A DNA stretch of 64,000 nucleotides from Acidimicrobiia bacterium (GTDB lineage Bacteria > Actinomycetota > Acidimicrobiia > Spongiisociales > ZC4RG35). The DNA lies in NCBI GenBank assembly GCA_035525055.1, contig DATLEZ010000040.1, positions 12,099 through 76,098 of the forward strand. The letters are read 5' to 3'. Shown here one piece after another: positions 17,937-27,854 of the stretch. Below the pieces are notes generated by a model, which saw only the letters and a list, made by a program, of their open reading frames with translations, did no database searches and was not told where the DNA came from. Numbering within the stretch: position 1 is the first letter of the stretch; every line of letters begins with the position of its first letter. The translations under genes were made by a program, and so were the position numbers.

Positions 17937-18512
17937 ATGCACCGCTTCCTGGCCGCCGTCGTTTCGTTGCTGGTCATCTTCGTGCTGGGACCCGTCGGAA
18001 CCGAAGGCGGTAACGCCGTCGATTCCTCGTTGACTACTGATGGGTCGCAATCAGAGAACGACAGTGCTCTCTTACAGTGGGCCATCTCCAGGTTTGCCGG
18101 GGCCGATTTGGACCTGCCCGCTGTCTTCGTGGCATTCCATGATCAGAAGGAGGCCTGCGCTGGGCATCCGGGCCTCTTCAGAGACCAACCGGACCTCCGC
18201 ATAGACATATGCGGCTTCTTCGATTTCTCGACAGCGGCCAAGAAGACGCTGCTCCACGAGTTGGCCCACGCCTGGGCGCACGAGAACCTGTCCGACCCTG
18301 ACATCGAGGAGTTTCTCATCCTGCGGGGCTTGGAGATATGGGCCGGGCCCCTCGCGCCATGGGAGCTGAAAGGCTCTGAACATGCCGCCGAGATAATTTC
18401 CTGGGCTCTATTCGATCGGGAGCTGGACCTCGTCACAATCCCCGATGCCGGCCCGGAGGCGATCGAGGCGTCCTACCGAATCTTGACTGGAAGATCGCTT
18501 CCCGACCGATAG
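17937..18512 (+). CDS. Secreted HExxH-motif protein (putative zinc peptidase)
   Basis: N-terminal signal/TM (FLAAVVSLLVIFVLGPV). LLHELAHAWAHE motif. No family recognised. Confidence 0.55.
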   Translation: MHRFLAAVVSLLVIFVLGPVGTEGGNAVDSSLTTDGSQSENDSALLQWAISRFAGADLDLPAVFVAFHDQKEACAGHPGLFRDQPDLRIDICGFFDFSTAAKKTLLHELAHAWAHENLSDPDIEEFLILRGLEIWAGPLAPWELKGSEHAAEIISWALFDRELDLVTIPDAGPEAIEASYRILTGRSLPDR

Positions 18513-18831
18513 CCGTCGGAAGGCCGCCGGGCGGTACAGGCGCCTCCGTTTTGACGTGCTTGGGCTACTCCCACATCGTCACCATGGCCCCCAGGTGCCG
18601 GTTCCCCTCTCCAATTATTGGGATCGCCGTGACGGCAATCTCGCTCCATCTCTTGTCAGCCCTGAGGAAGCGGAGTCGGCGGTGTGTTGAGACCTGCTTG
18701 GTCAGGGCGAAAAGCAATGGAATCTGGTCATCGGAGGTGCCTCGGCGACGGTGGCCCTATGCACCACCCCGACATCTCGGGTCAAAGATGGGCATGTGCG
18801 CGCAGCACGACCCCCTCGGACGGGCTCAGGA

Positions 18832-21543
18832 TCAACTCACGGACTCAGTGAGCGGGACTTGGTTCTTGACCGGTCCGGTGAGACTGTCGAGAGCGAGTTC
18901 GATCCCCTGGTCGGTCGAGAGCCCTCTTCCTCTCGCGAACTCGGCATCGAAATCCTCCCCGAGCCCCCGCCGGGCGGTAGCCGCAGCCTCCTCTAGTAAA
19001 GGTTGTTGCCATGGAACTGCCTTGTGCCCTGACGATTCTCTCCGGACCGCCGCAGCGCCCAGCAAGACGGCGGCCAGGGCGAGGTCCCCGCGAACCGAAG
19101 CAAGGACGGCCATGATGCCAAGGCAGTCGCATATTCCCCGGGCGTCCTTTAGCTGCTGGCGCACCAACAGGCTCTCGGATAGGCGTTCTACGGCCTGGTC
19201 GACATCGCCGGTCATGAAGGCGAGCACTCCGAGACTCAACTGGGCATGACCTACCCCCCATGTCAGTCCGCGACTCTTGGAGTACTCAAGAGTGGTCCTG
19301 AGCAACTGGTCCCCGGTTATGAAGTCATTCCTCGCCAAAGCGACGTGGGCCAACCCGTAGACACACCACGCGTCGGCCATCCACCCGAAGTCGACTCGGC
19401 GCGCGAGATCAACCGCTTCGTTGAATTGGGCTTCGGCCCGGTCGATCTCGTTGAGGTTGTAGGTGGTCATCCCGTGCATTCCCAGAGAACGTGCCAACCA
19501 GTGCACATCACCCAGTGCTCTCCACATCTCAACGGACTCGTTCTGAGCCTTCTCCGATCGGTCGGGGTCCCCGGCCAGCATCGCCAACCACCCCACCGTT
19601 CCCAGCGCCGCGGCCCGGCCCGGACTCGGCCCTTCTGCATGTTCAAGGAGGCGGGTGGTGAGTTCCAGGCCCTCGGTCACATACCCCCTCGTATCCCAAT
19701 AGAGAGGCAGCAAGCCGCATATCCAGAGCGACTCCTCGAAGTCGCTCTGGGTCCGCAGGGCCGACTCGAGCGACTCCCGGATGTTGTGGCGCTCTCGCTC
19801 GATCTCCCCGAGTGCGGCCGGGAATTCCGGAGTCGGAAGCACGTCCTCCAAACGCGTCGCCAAGGACAGGCACCAGCGCAGGTGATTCCGGCGCAAGACC
19901 GGCTCCTCGTCGGACTCGTGAAGCTTCTCGAGGGAGAACTCGCGCAGAGTCTCGAGCATTCGATAGCGCGGCTGCCCGTCGTCGTCGATGGCAAACACCA
20001 CGAGCGACTTCGCGACCAACTCATCAAGCAGGTCAAAGGCATCTCGCTCACTCAGGGCCTCATCTACACACACGGCCGAGATGGCTCCAAGCGGCCAACC
20101 TCCCGCGAAGACCCCGAGCCGGCGGAACATGACCTCTTCAGGCTCGTCTAGAAGGTCATGGCTCCATTGGATGGCGGCGCGCAGTGTTCGATGGCGCTCA
20201 GGAGCGTCGAGAGGCCCTCGATCGAGCAACGACAGGCGGTCGTCGAGGCGGCGCAGCAAAGCGTCGGGCGAAAACAGGCGCAGCCGGGCCGCGGCAAGTT
20301 CTATTCCCAGCGGCAAGCCGTCCAGTCTCCGGGTGATCTCGGCGATGACGCCGGCATTGTTCTCATCGAGGTGAAAATCGGGGCGAACTGCCTGCGCTCT
20401 CTCAACGAACAGCACCACCGCGTCTGCGGCGCTGATCGCCTCTAGGTCCCCCGCCTCAAGCGGCACAGGCAAGGGAGAGAGGGGATACTCGTGTTCCCAG
20501 CTCATTCTCAACGGTGACCGGCTCGTCACCAAGACGCGAGCATTTGGGAGCACCTCGAGAATCTGCCCGATCTCGCCCCCGGCCGAGATGAGTTGCTCCA
20601 TGTTGTCGAGAATGAGCAGAGTCCGGGCGGGGCCGACCACCGAACCCAATGCTTCGACGATGCTCCGGTCCTTCGACTCGTGGATCCCGAGTGTTCTTCC
20701 GACCGCCGACAAGAACTGCGCGGGAGCTCGCACCGCCGATAGGTCGAGAAAGAAGACGCCGTCGGGAAAATCAGGCTGCAGGCGCGTGGCAAGCTCGATC
20801 GCGAGCCGCGTCTTGCCGGTGCCCCCTGGCCCCGTGATGGTGACCTGACGCACAGAATCGCGCATAAGCAGCTGGGCGGCTCCGTCCACATCGGCGACGC
20901 GGCCGACTATCGGATTCGGCGGCAAAGGCACCGAGGACGGGTTATGGGGCCGTGCCCGCGGGGGCAGCAGGACGAGCGGCAAGCCGGGCGCGTCAAGGCG
21001 ATGCAATCGCTCGCTGCGCCCAATTCCCTTCATATCGAAGAGACCGAGATCGATCATTGTCCAATTCCGTCCTCCGAGGTCGTCTTCGACCAGGATGCGC
21101 GTCGTGTCAGAAGTCAGGATCTGGCCTCCGTGGGCGGCGGCGCCGACCCGGGCCCCGCGGTGAACGTCGAGCCCCACATAGCCTTGCGGGGTCAGGGAAG
21201 GCGTCCCGGTATGGATACCAATCCGGCATTTCGGAGTTGTGGCACGGGGCCACGTCCGGCCTGCGATTTGGCTTTGAATCTCGTATGCAGCCTCCACCGC
21301 ATCGAGCGGGCTGGCGAAGACGCAAAAAAAGCCGTCGCCTTCGGTAGAAACGGTCTGGCCATGATGGCTGCTTATCGCTGCGTTGACGATGGTGTGGTAC
21401 TGATGAAGCAGCGGCGGATAGTCGTCACCCAACTGCTCGACCAGAGGGGTGGATCCCTCCAGGTCGGCATACAGAAGAGTCAGCAGACCGGCGCCTTTCT
21501 GGGTCACCGGCTCGTCGATCGTGTCGGAAGAGCTGGGGGTCAT
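18832..21543 (-). CDS. Class III cyclase-homology domain + P-loop NTPase + TPR protein (STAND architecture)
   Basis: N-terminal LLYADLEGST...EGDGFFCVF...IGIHTG...GLDVHRGARV cyclase fold, Walker A GPGGTGKT, TPR-like C-terminus. 903 aa. Confidence 0.85.
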   Translation of the reverse strand: MTPSSSDTIDEPVTQKGAGLLTLLYADLEGSTPLVEQLGDDYPPLLHQYHTIVNAAISSHHGQTVSTEGDGFFCVFASPLDAVEAAYEIQSQIAGRTWPRATTPKCRIGIHTGTPSLTPQGYVGLDVHRGARVGAAAHGGQILTSDTTRILVEDDLGGRNWTMIDLGLFDMKGIGRSERLHRLDAPGLPLVLLPPRARPHNPSSVPLPPNPIVGRVADVDGAAQLLMRDSVRQVTITGPGGTGKTRLAIELATRLQPDFPDGVFFLDLSAVRAPAQFLSAVGRTLGIHESKDRSIVEALGSVVGPARTLLILDNMEQLISAGGEIGQILEVLPNARVLVTSRSPLRMSWEHEYPLSPLPVPLEAGDLEAISAADAVVLFVERAQAVRPDFHLDENNAGVIAEITRRLDGLPLGIELAAARLRLFSPDALLRRLDDRLSLLDRGPLDAPERHRTLRAAIQWSHDLLDEPEEVMFRRLGVFAGGWPLGAISAVCVDEALSERDAFDLLDELVAKSLVVFAIDDDGQPRYRMLETLREFSLEKLHESDEEPVLRRNHLRWCLSLATRLEDVLPTPEFPAALGEIERERHNIRESLESALRTQSDFEESLWICGLLPLYWDTRGYVTEGLELTTRLLEHAEGPSPGRAAALGTVGWLAMLAGDPDRSEKAQNESVEMWRALGDVHWLARSLGMHGMTTYNLNEIDRAEAQFNEAVDLARRVDFGWMADAWCVYGLAHVALARNDFITGDQLLRTTLEYSKSRGLTWGVGHAQLSLGVLAFMTGDVDQAVERLSESLLVRQQLKDARGICDCLGIMAVLASVRGDLALAAVLLGAAAVRRESSGHKAVPWQQPLLEEAAATARRGLGEDFDAEFARGRGLSTDQGIELALDSLTGPVKNQVPLTESVS

Positions 21544-21714
21544 CGAGGCTGTCGCTCATACTGTGCTCGCATTGACAAAAGTGTAAGGCGGCCCAAGCAT
21601 CTCCCGATCGACGCACAACCAACCACCTTGCCGCGGAGCGGCTCGCCGGGCAGAGCCGGCAAGCGCTCGGAGTCGCCCGGGAATGACTGAGGCAGCGGTC
21701 CGGTTCCACCCAAT

Positions 21715-22095
21715 ATGGATACAGCCATCGAACAGGCTCTGGGCCAGGGCGGCATCGTCGACATAACCACGACCGGCCGCAAGAGCGGTCAAGCTCGGCG
21801 CATCGAGATCTACCTCCACAATCTCGATGGCGTCTTCTACCTCACCGGCCGACCCGGCTTTCCGCGTGATTGGGTCGCCAATCTCGCGGCTGACCCGCGA
21901 ATGACACTCCACCTCAAACGCGGGGTGTCAGCCGACCTGGCTGCCACCGCCGAAGTAATTACCAACCCAGAGGACAAGGGCGAGATCATCCTCCGTGCCC
22001 GGGTCGAAAGCTGGGGCGCCAATCCCGATGTGGCTCGGGCCGATCTCGACCACTGGGTAACCACCTCACCCCTGGTCCGTTTCTCAATCGATTGA
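21715..22095 (+). CDS. Deazaflavin (F420)-dependent nitroreductase family protein (DUF385-like)
   Basis: TTTGRKSGQARRIEIYL...DWVANLAADPRMTL matches the family pattern. Confidence 0.65.
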   Translation: MDTAIEQALGQGGIVDITTTGRKSGQARRIEIYLHNLDGVFYLTGRPGFPRDWVANLAADPRMTLHLKRGVSADLAATAEVITNPEDKGEIILRARVESWGANPDVARADLDHWVTTSPLVRFSID

Positions 22096-22132
22096 CAACA
22101 CGTCAGGATTGCCCGCCCAAGGATTGCTTGCC

Positions 22133-22546
22133 CTAGCGGGCCCGCAACCCGTACGTTCCAGCTGACAGCGTGGCATACGACCGCGCCACGATCGTTTCGA
22201 GCACCTTGAGGTCGATTGCCTCTAGATCCTTGAGGTAAACGCAGCCGACTCCGCTCGTGTGGGGTCCCAAGCGATGGAGCAGTTCGGTATGGGAGCCGAC
22301 TCCGTCGGGCACGTAGAGGCTGATCGCCGCCTTCCGCGGAGAGAAAGCTGCCGCGGCCGCGTCGCTCTCACGCCCGCTCGTGTACTTGTAGTGATAGTGG
22401 CCAAACCCGATGATGTTTCCGTAGAGGCGGGCCTTCTCCCCTGTTACGCGACTCATCATTTCGAGCAGGGTTTCGGCATCGCGACGGCGTTCCGGATGGT
22501 CTATCCCCTCGACGAACCTCTGGACTGACTCATCAACGCCATTCAC
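22133..22546 (-). CDS. DUF1801 (YdhG-like) domain protein
   Basis: 137 aa. FVEGIDHPERRRDAETLLEMM...GFGHYHYKY...AAISLYV pattern. Confidence 0.65.
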   Translation of the reverse strand: MNGVDESVQRFVEGIDHPERRRDAETLLEMMSRVTGEKARLYGNIIGFGHYHYKYTSGRESDAAAAAFSPRKAAISLYVPDGVGSHTELLHRLGPHTSGVGCVYLKDLEAIDLKVLETIVARSYATLSAGTYGLRAR

Positions 22547-22724
22547 CCGAGACCTCCGATCGCCTCACCTTTTCTTCCAAACTGAGGAGTACACCGCGTT
22601 CTGAAGGCGGCGGTCCCCGGACCACAGGTGATCAAAGTTATGCGGGCGCTTGTCCTGTCCCATGATCAGCCCTGTTTAGCGGCTGCAACCTGCCTCATCG
22701 AGTTATCGGCCGCGACCCGGCGAG

Positions 22725-24491
22725 CTACGCAATGGCGTTGACGCCGACCGCAGCGGCCTCCGCCTGAAGACTGACTGCCTGCAGACTGACAGATGGAAGA
22801 GATAGCTGAAAGATGTTCCAATCGCCGCGTCGGAAGTATTGAAGGTCGCCGCCCATTAGCCGTGCCAGGGTCCGAGCGATGCCCAGGCCAATCCCGACCG
22901 AGTCGAGCTGGCCTGATGATCTCTGGGCCCGTTGGTACGGCAGGAAGATCCGTTCAGAAGCCTCCTCCGGTATCGCGGGGCCGTTGTCAGCCACATTCAC
23001 CTGGATCGTGTGATAGGCCTCATTGAGGCGCACTTCGATGGAGGGTCCCCCGTAGCGGCGGGCGTTGGTGATCAGGTTGCGGATGATTTGCCGTACGCGA
23101 CCCGGATCGCCCACGGCTCGCAGCAGCGGGGCCAGGTGGTCGATCACCTTGACCCTTGCGACGACCTCAATTCCATAGGCCTCGATCACTTGAGCGACCT
23201 GGGCTTGGACGCAGACCGGGACCTTGGCGATGACCAGCTGGTCCAATTCGGCCCGAGCCGAGACCAGCAGGTCCTCGATTATGTTTCCGAGATCAAAGGC
23301 CTGATCGGCTACCGCTGTGATCATTTCCTCGCGCTCGTGTTGCGATAACGAAGGGTCGTTATCTCGCAAGAGCTCGGCGAACCCCAGTACCCCGGTGAGA
23401 GGAGTGCGGAGCTCGTGGCTGACCGATGCCAGGAATCGGTCCTTGGCTGAGGTCAGGTCTCTCAGGTGTTGCAGCTCTCGATTGGTTTCGTTCCGGCGGT
23501 AGAGCAGATATGTAACAGTGGCCACCGCCGCGCTCAGGGTCAGGCCCGCCATCAACACCAGGAGCGGCGCTTCGCTGTTGAAGGCATACGGCGACCCCTC
23601 TTTGACATCCACCGAGACGCGCCAGATGCGGTCACCCACAGATATCTGGCTAACCCAGCCACCTTCAACGTCGGCTGCAACTGTGGAGAGGTCAGTGACG
23701 TCGACTACCTTCCATGTAACCGCTTCAGCAATCGAGGGTGGTATCCGAGTGGCGAGCAACTCGCTTAGATCCATCGGTGCGAGCGTGAACCCCTCGATAG
23801 CTCCGGTCTCAGGGTCGGCCACTCGCCGATAGAGAATGAATCCGTCGTCTTCATCTTCAGAGAACAGCTGCAGAAACGGAGTAGCGATGGTGGCGTCGGC
23901 CTCGGCGGTCCGCTCCAAGGCGGCGCGGCGCACCGGGTCTGATCCTGAGTCGAATCCATGCGGTCGGTCGAATGCCCCCGCTGGTTCAAACCACTGCGCC
24001 GGGTAGTAAACGGACCGAGGGCCAACCGAAACTCGGCCGCCTTCGGAGTCCCTTTCGAAGACCGAATAGTCCGGGATCTCACGGGAGATGTCTTCTATGT
24101 ATTGATCGAGGTCCTCGCTCCGAACAAGTGCGATAAAGCCAAGCCCCCCCATTCCTTCCACCACACCCACATCGGCCGCAAACAGGGCAAACTCCTTCTG
24201 GGTGACAATGTCACTCGCCCGAAAGAGGCCCGCTGCTGCCACCAGCCGCTCCTCGGCCGAGGCAATGGCGCCAGAAAGCGCTTCAACCACGACCTCCCCG
24301 CCCTGGGCAACCGCACCGTCGGCCCTCAATCCGGATCGGAACCAGAACCCAACAGCGGTCACCAGTGTCAAAACCAGAACGACGATCGCCACGACTCCCA
24401 CCATCACCGCAGGCCCGAACCTCTTGATGGCAGGAACAACGCCCTCGCGATCGCGTTCTAGTTCCCCATTACGCAAGTCCCTAGGCATCAC
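22725..24491 (-). CDS. Sensor histidine kinase with an extracytoplasmic CHASE-like domain; no adjacent response regulator
   Basis: TM, then about 270-aa periplasmic domain, then TM. H-box SHELRTPL. N box NLITNARRYG. G box GIGLGIA. Confidence 0.85.
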   Translation of the reverse strand: MMPRDLRNGELERDREGVVPAIKRFGPAVMVGVVAIVVLVLTLVTAVGFWFRSGLRADGAVAQGGEVVVEALSGAIASAEERLVAAAGLFRASDIVTQKEFALFAADVGVVEGMGGLGFIALVRSEDLDQYIEDISREIPDYSVFERDSEGGRVSVGPRSVYYPAQWFEPAGAFDRPHGFDSGSDPVRRAALERTAEADATIATPFLQLFSEDEDDGFILYRRVADPETGAIEGFTLAPMDLSELLATRIPPSIAEAVTWKVVDVTDLSTVAADVEGGWVSQISVGDRIWRVSVDVKEGSPYAFNSEAPLLVLMAGLTLSAAVATVTYLLYRRNETNRELQHLRDLTSAKDRFLASVSHELRTPLTGVLGFAELLRDNDPSLSQHEREEMITAVADQAFDLGNIIEDLLVSARAELDQLVIAKVPVCVQAQVAQVIEAYGIEVVARVKVIDHLAPLLRAVGDPGRVRQIIRNLITNARRYGGPSIEVRLNEAYHTIQVNVADNGPAIPEEASERIFLPYQRAQRSSGQLDSVGIGLGIARTLARLMGGDLQYFRRGDWNIFQLSLPSVSLQAVSLQAEAAAVGVNAIA

Positions 24492-24639
24492 CCCTCAATA
24501 TCGACACCGGCAGACACAACTTGACCAGGGCACCGCACCCTGTTGTCGGTGGAGGATTTAGGCCCTGGTCGCCTAAGGCCCATCGGGCTGTTGAGCCCAG
24601 GGGCGCCTGCCCGCCTGGCTAGCTACCTCGGTGCCACCA

Positions 24640-24678
24640 AACGAAGAGGGGGGCGCCGGTTGGCCCCCCCCTTTCGTT
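24640..24678. terminator. Strong GC hairpin between the CHRD gene and the histidine kinase gene
   Basis: AACGAAGAGGGGGGC-loop-GCCCCCCCCTTTCGTT (about 13 bp with one mismatch). No clear U-tract on either strand, so the terminator call is tentative. Confidence 0.35.
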
Positions 24679-24710
24679 CTGTTCAAGTCGTGTCGGTTAG
24701 GGGTTGACCC

Positions 24711-25322
24711 CTAGCTGGAAACAACCTTGCCAAGCTGGCCTCTGATCGCACCGGCGGGATAGACCGTGGTGTGAACATTGACGTAGTAACCGGCGCGATT
24801 TTCCTTGATCGAGGTGAGGAGCGTGGCATCCAGCCCCTCGATGCAATCGGAATAGAGGGTCGAGTTCCCACTCACCTTGGTATCGGCGTTGAGGATCGCA
24901 AGGTCGACTACAACACCACCGTTAGTGCCGGCAGCACCGACGTGAATGTGGGCGGCCGTAATCGCGTCAAGGCGCTTCACCTTGACCGCGTAGCAAACGG
25001 TCCCCTCGTCAGGGCGGACACTGACTCGTGCCCAACCTATGCCGTCGGGATCACCGGCCGGGACCTCGTTCGCTCCACTGAGTCGAATGAGGCGCCTGGA
25101 ACTGTGACCGCGATTGCGGTCGTCGCTGGTGTTGCTGAGGCTGGTGTTGTCATCGCTCCGACTGCGGACGGAGGCTTCTCTTGAGCTATTGCGGTCGTCG
25201 CTGTTCGATTCGTTGCGGGTATCGACCCGCGAATCCTCAGACCCATCGTGAGCCTGTATAGGGAGCACCATTACTCCCATCAGTCCAATGACCAGAGCAA
25301 GCACGAATGCAGCTCTACGCAT
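24711..25322 (-). CDS. Secreted CHRD-domain protein
   Basis: ATG at 25322 preceded by AAGGAGG. Signal peptide. S/D/R/N-rich low-complexity linker. CHRD blocks LSGANEVP, AAHIHVGAAGTNGGVV, YVNVHT, GAIRGQL. This is the 3' third of the 717-aa track ORF. Confidence 0.75.
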   Translation of the reverse strand: MRRAAFVLALVIGLMGVMVLPIQAHDGSEDSRVDTRNESNSDDRNSSREASVRSRSDDNTSLSNTSDDRNRGHSSRRLIRLSGANEVPAGDPDGIGWARVSVRPDEGTVCYAVKVKRLDAITAAHIHVGAAGTNGGVVVDLAILNADTKVSGNSTLYSDCIEGLDATLLTSIKENRAGYYVNVHTTVYPAGAIRGQLGKVVSS

Positions 25323-25483
25323 TGAGACCTCCTTTCGAGGCAACCGTTGAAGTACCCCGAATTTCGACCGGGCAAACCCTTCGAAAGCCCTCGGCTGCCT
25401 TGATATCGGTGAGATCGGTATCCCCGGGACCGGGGCTCTCGCTGTGCCAGGACCACCGCGATACACTTCCCGATTCCCAGATT

Positions 25484-25561
25484 GGGCCCATAGCTCAGCT
25501 CGGTTAGAGCGCGTCCCTGATAAGGACGAGGTCCGTGGTTCAAGTCCACGTGGGCCCACCA
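25484..25561 (+). tRNA. tRNA-Ile (anticodon GAT), CCA encoded
   Basis: Perfect cloverleaf by hand folding: GGGCCCA/TGGGCCC acceptor, GCTC/GAGC D stem, CGTCC-CTGATAA-GGACG anticodon arm, CGTGG-TTCAAGT-CCACG T arm, A-CCA. Confidence 0.95.
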
Positions 25562-26723
25562 AGAGAGTCTCATTCGAACCATGGCCACAAGAAACAGGCT
25601 GCTTCGCCTCCCAGGGCAACGAACCGTGCGGTCGCTCACGCCGCCCCATCACGTGTTGACGGGTGTATGTCAAGGCATGGTCGGGCGACAACAGCAGATC
25701 CATCTCGCTTTCAAGCCTTTGCGGTAAATCGTCAGCCAATAGATCCTGGAGTGGCTGCCGAAGATCGGCCCCGCCGATCCGATCGTCAAGCAAATACAAC
25801 CGTTCAAACATGGCTTGGTTGGTCAGACGGCGGGTCAGGTCATTGCCCTCTGTGTAGATCCAGGCGCATTCAGACAGAAGTTCGAGTATCGAATCGACTA
25901 CCTCGATTGCCTTTTCAAACTGATAGCTCGCCGCCTCCAAGAGCCGACGGGCCGTCAGTTCCTCGCGTCGAATTCGGTCTTGTTCCTCTTTCAGGAGATC
26001 CAGCGGGATGGCCTCGGCATAGTGGGCGTCAAGCAACCGGCGCCGCTGGATGTCGAAGTCAGCCAGTCGCTTTTGTTGGATCTCGGCTTCATTGCGCCCG
26101 AGTGCCTTGGCCTTATGAATGTGATCGAGCACCAAGTCCCGGAGCTTTGACATAGCGTCGGAACTCAGGCTGACCGATACATAAAACTGTTCGACGGCTC
26201 TCTCAACGGCCCCGGCTGGAACATAGGGCTGCCGGCAGCCGTTGCGCCGAGTCCGGCCGCTGCAGTAGAAGTAGGCGTAAGCCCCACCGTTACCGTGAAC
26301 CTGCGTAAAGGAGATGCGCGACCCGCAATAACCGCACCAAAGGGTGCCCTTGAGGTAGTGCTTGTGCTGACGAACCTTTTCCCCCGACTCGCGGCGCGAC
26401 CGCAAGATGGCTTGCACCGCTTCGAACACGTCTTCGTCGATCAATGGTTGGTGGCGGCCGGGATACTCGACGCCCTCCCACGTGACCACGCCGATGTAAT
26501 AGTGATTCGCTAGTACCTTGGCCACGTTGGAGGTCGTGAGCGGTCGGGCCGGTTGCCGTGGCGTGGTCGGAGTGCGCAGGCCTCGGTCGGCCAGTTCAAT
26601 CTGGATGTCGCGAATAGACCACTCGCCGGTGGCGTAAGCGCTGAAGGCCCATTGGATATACGGTGCCCGGTCTTCATCGACCACGACGGTGCGAACACAG
26701 GCCAGCGCCAGGAACCCAATCAT
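25562..26723 (-). pseudogene. Large serine recombinase lacking the N-terminal resolvase catalytic domain
   Basis: Recombinase-domain and zinc-ribbon blocks (WSIRDIQIELADRGLRT; LWCGYCGSRISF...YFYCSGRTRRNGC) plus a coiled coil. No S-recombinase catalytic domain upstream. The frame runs on, without a stop, antisense through the tRNA. Confidence 0.75.
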
Positions 26724-26752
26724 CGTTGGTAGGTCGACCGGTCCTAAAGCGT

Positions 26753-26872
26753 TTGGACTACCTGTATTTCGATCTCCGCAACCGCAAGAAGGACGAGATC
26801 GTCGTGGTGACACTTCGAGGTGACTCGATGAACGTGCGACTACTCGACTCGTCTGGGGAGCCATCTACCTGA
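26753..26872 (+). pseudogene. DUF1883-like N-terminal fragment
   Basis: (TTG)DYLYFDLRNRKKDEIVVVTLRGDSMNVRLLDSS resembles the DUF1883 N-terminus as I recall it. The frame stops after about 39 codons. Confidence 0.4.
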
Positions 26873-27005
26873 AGACGGACGGCGAGCGTCTGATCACCGC
26901 CTTCAAGATCGAGGCCGGATCACCCACGAAGAAGTGGTTCTACTTCGAGTACGGGCTGGACGCCACCGGTCAGCTGTCCCTGGTCAGATGGGTTTAGCCA
27001 GCCGA

Positions 27006-27812
27006 TCAGCTGACCAACTCCTGGAAGAGGTCCGGGAGCACCCGGTCCGCGGGGAGACATAGCTGCTCTCTCACATCTTCGCGGTAGCTGAGGAGATGGC
27101 GAAGGCCGGCCAGGGTGTTGCCCTCCTCGCGGTAGGCACGCACTAGGAGCCGATGCGAGGTGTCACGGAACGGCGAGCACGCGATGGCGGCAAGGCTGGC
27201 TTTGATCGCCAGCAGATGGCTGTTGCTCTCCAGAAAGCGCGCAGCGAGGGCTTCCAGGACGTGGACCCGGGTCTCTCGATAGCACTCCCGCTCTGGATTC
27301 ACCCACGGCTCATCCCAATCGGGAAGCAGGTCATAGCTGAACGTCTCGATGACTGCCTCCCCATCAACCGGTGTTGAGCGGCCCGACAGCAGCGTTCGGC
27401 CCAAGGTCTCCGCATCGTGGAGGTCGACGTCACACGTCTCGGCCAGCTCGAGATGATCGCCGTCGCTGTGAACCAGTTGCGGCCGTGTCGATCCGAGTCG
27501 CCACAAGGCTGTTCTGAGTCGGCCGTGGGCATGGGTGTCGACCACGTCCGGCCAAAGCATGGCGGCGATCTGCTCCCGTGGCATCGGTCGCCGGCGCAGA
27601 GCCAGAAAAGCCAACAAACGGTGCGCCGAGGAACCGCTCGAGGGAGGGTCGCTTCCTCCGACGATTCTGAAGCAACCGAGGAGTTCGACCCGGAAAGACT
27701 CTGCCGACACTTGTGGCCCCCAATCAGTCTTCTCAACTCTAGAGAGCTGTCGGCGCCCGAATTGATCCCGACGATATCCCGGTGTGACGGATCGGTGACG
27801 CCCAAGGAACAC
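27006..27812 (-). CDS. SARP-type transcriptional activator (wHTH + BTAD)
   Basis: VELLGCFRIV...AHRLLAFLALRRRPMPREQIAAMLWPD...LRTALWRL then BTAD-like helices (RDTSHRLLVRAYREEGNTLAGLRHLLSYRE). Start uncertain. Confidence 0.75.
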   Translation of the reverse strand: MFLGRHRSVTPGYRRDQFGRRQLSRVEKTDWGPQVSAESFRVELLGCFRIVGGSDPPSSGSSAHRLLAFLALRRRPMPREQIAAMLWPDVVDTHAHGRLRTALWRLGSTRPQLVHSDGDHLELAETCDVDLHDAETLGRTLLSGRSTPVDGEAVIETFSYDLLPDWDEPWVNPERECYRETRVHVLEALAARFLESNSHLLAIKASLAAIACSPFRDTSHRLLVRAYREEGNTLAGLRHLLSYREDVREQLCLPADRVLPDLFQELVS

Positions 27813-27854
27813 CTGTCGGTGAGAGTCGATCCGGTCTCACGAAGAGGGAAACGA

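Noticed and set aside
24711-26864. 717-aa ORF listed as one protein
   Set aside because: It is a read-through chimera. Its 5' part is a truncated serine recombinase, its middle is the antisense translation of tRNA-Ile (…GPRGLEPRTSSLSGTRSNRAELW…), and its 3' part is a separate CHRD gene with its own ATG (25322) and AAGGAGG ribosome-binding site.
27417-27854. N-terminal 146 codons of the 530-aa ORF 27417..29009
   Set aside because: This part is antisense to the SARP gene and has an Arg/Pro/Ser-rich composition. An ATG with a GAGGGAA ribosome-binding site at 27855 gives a sensible start.
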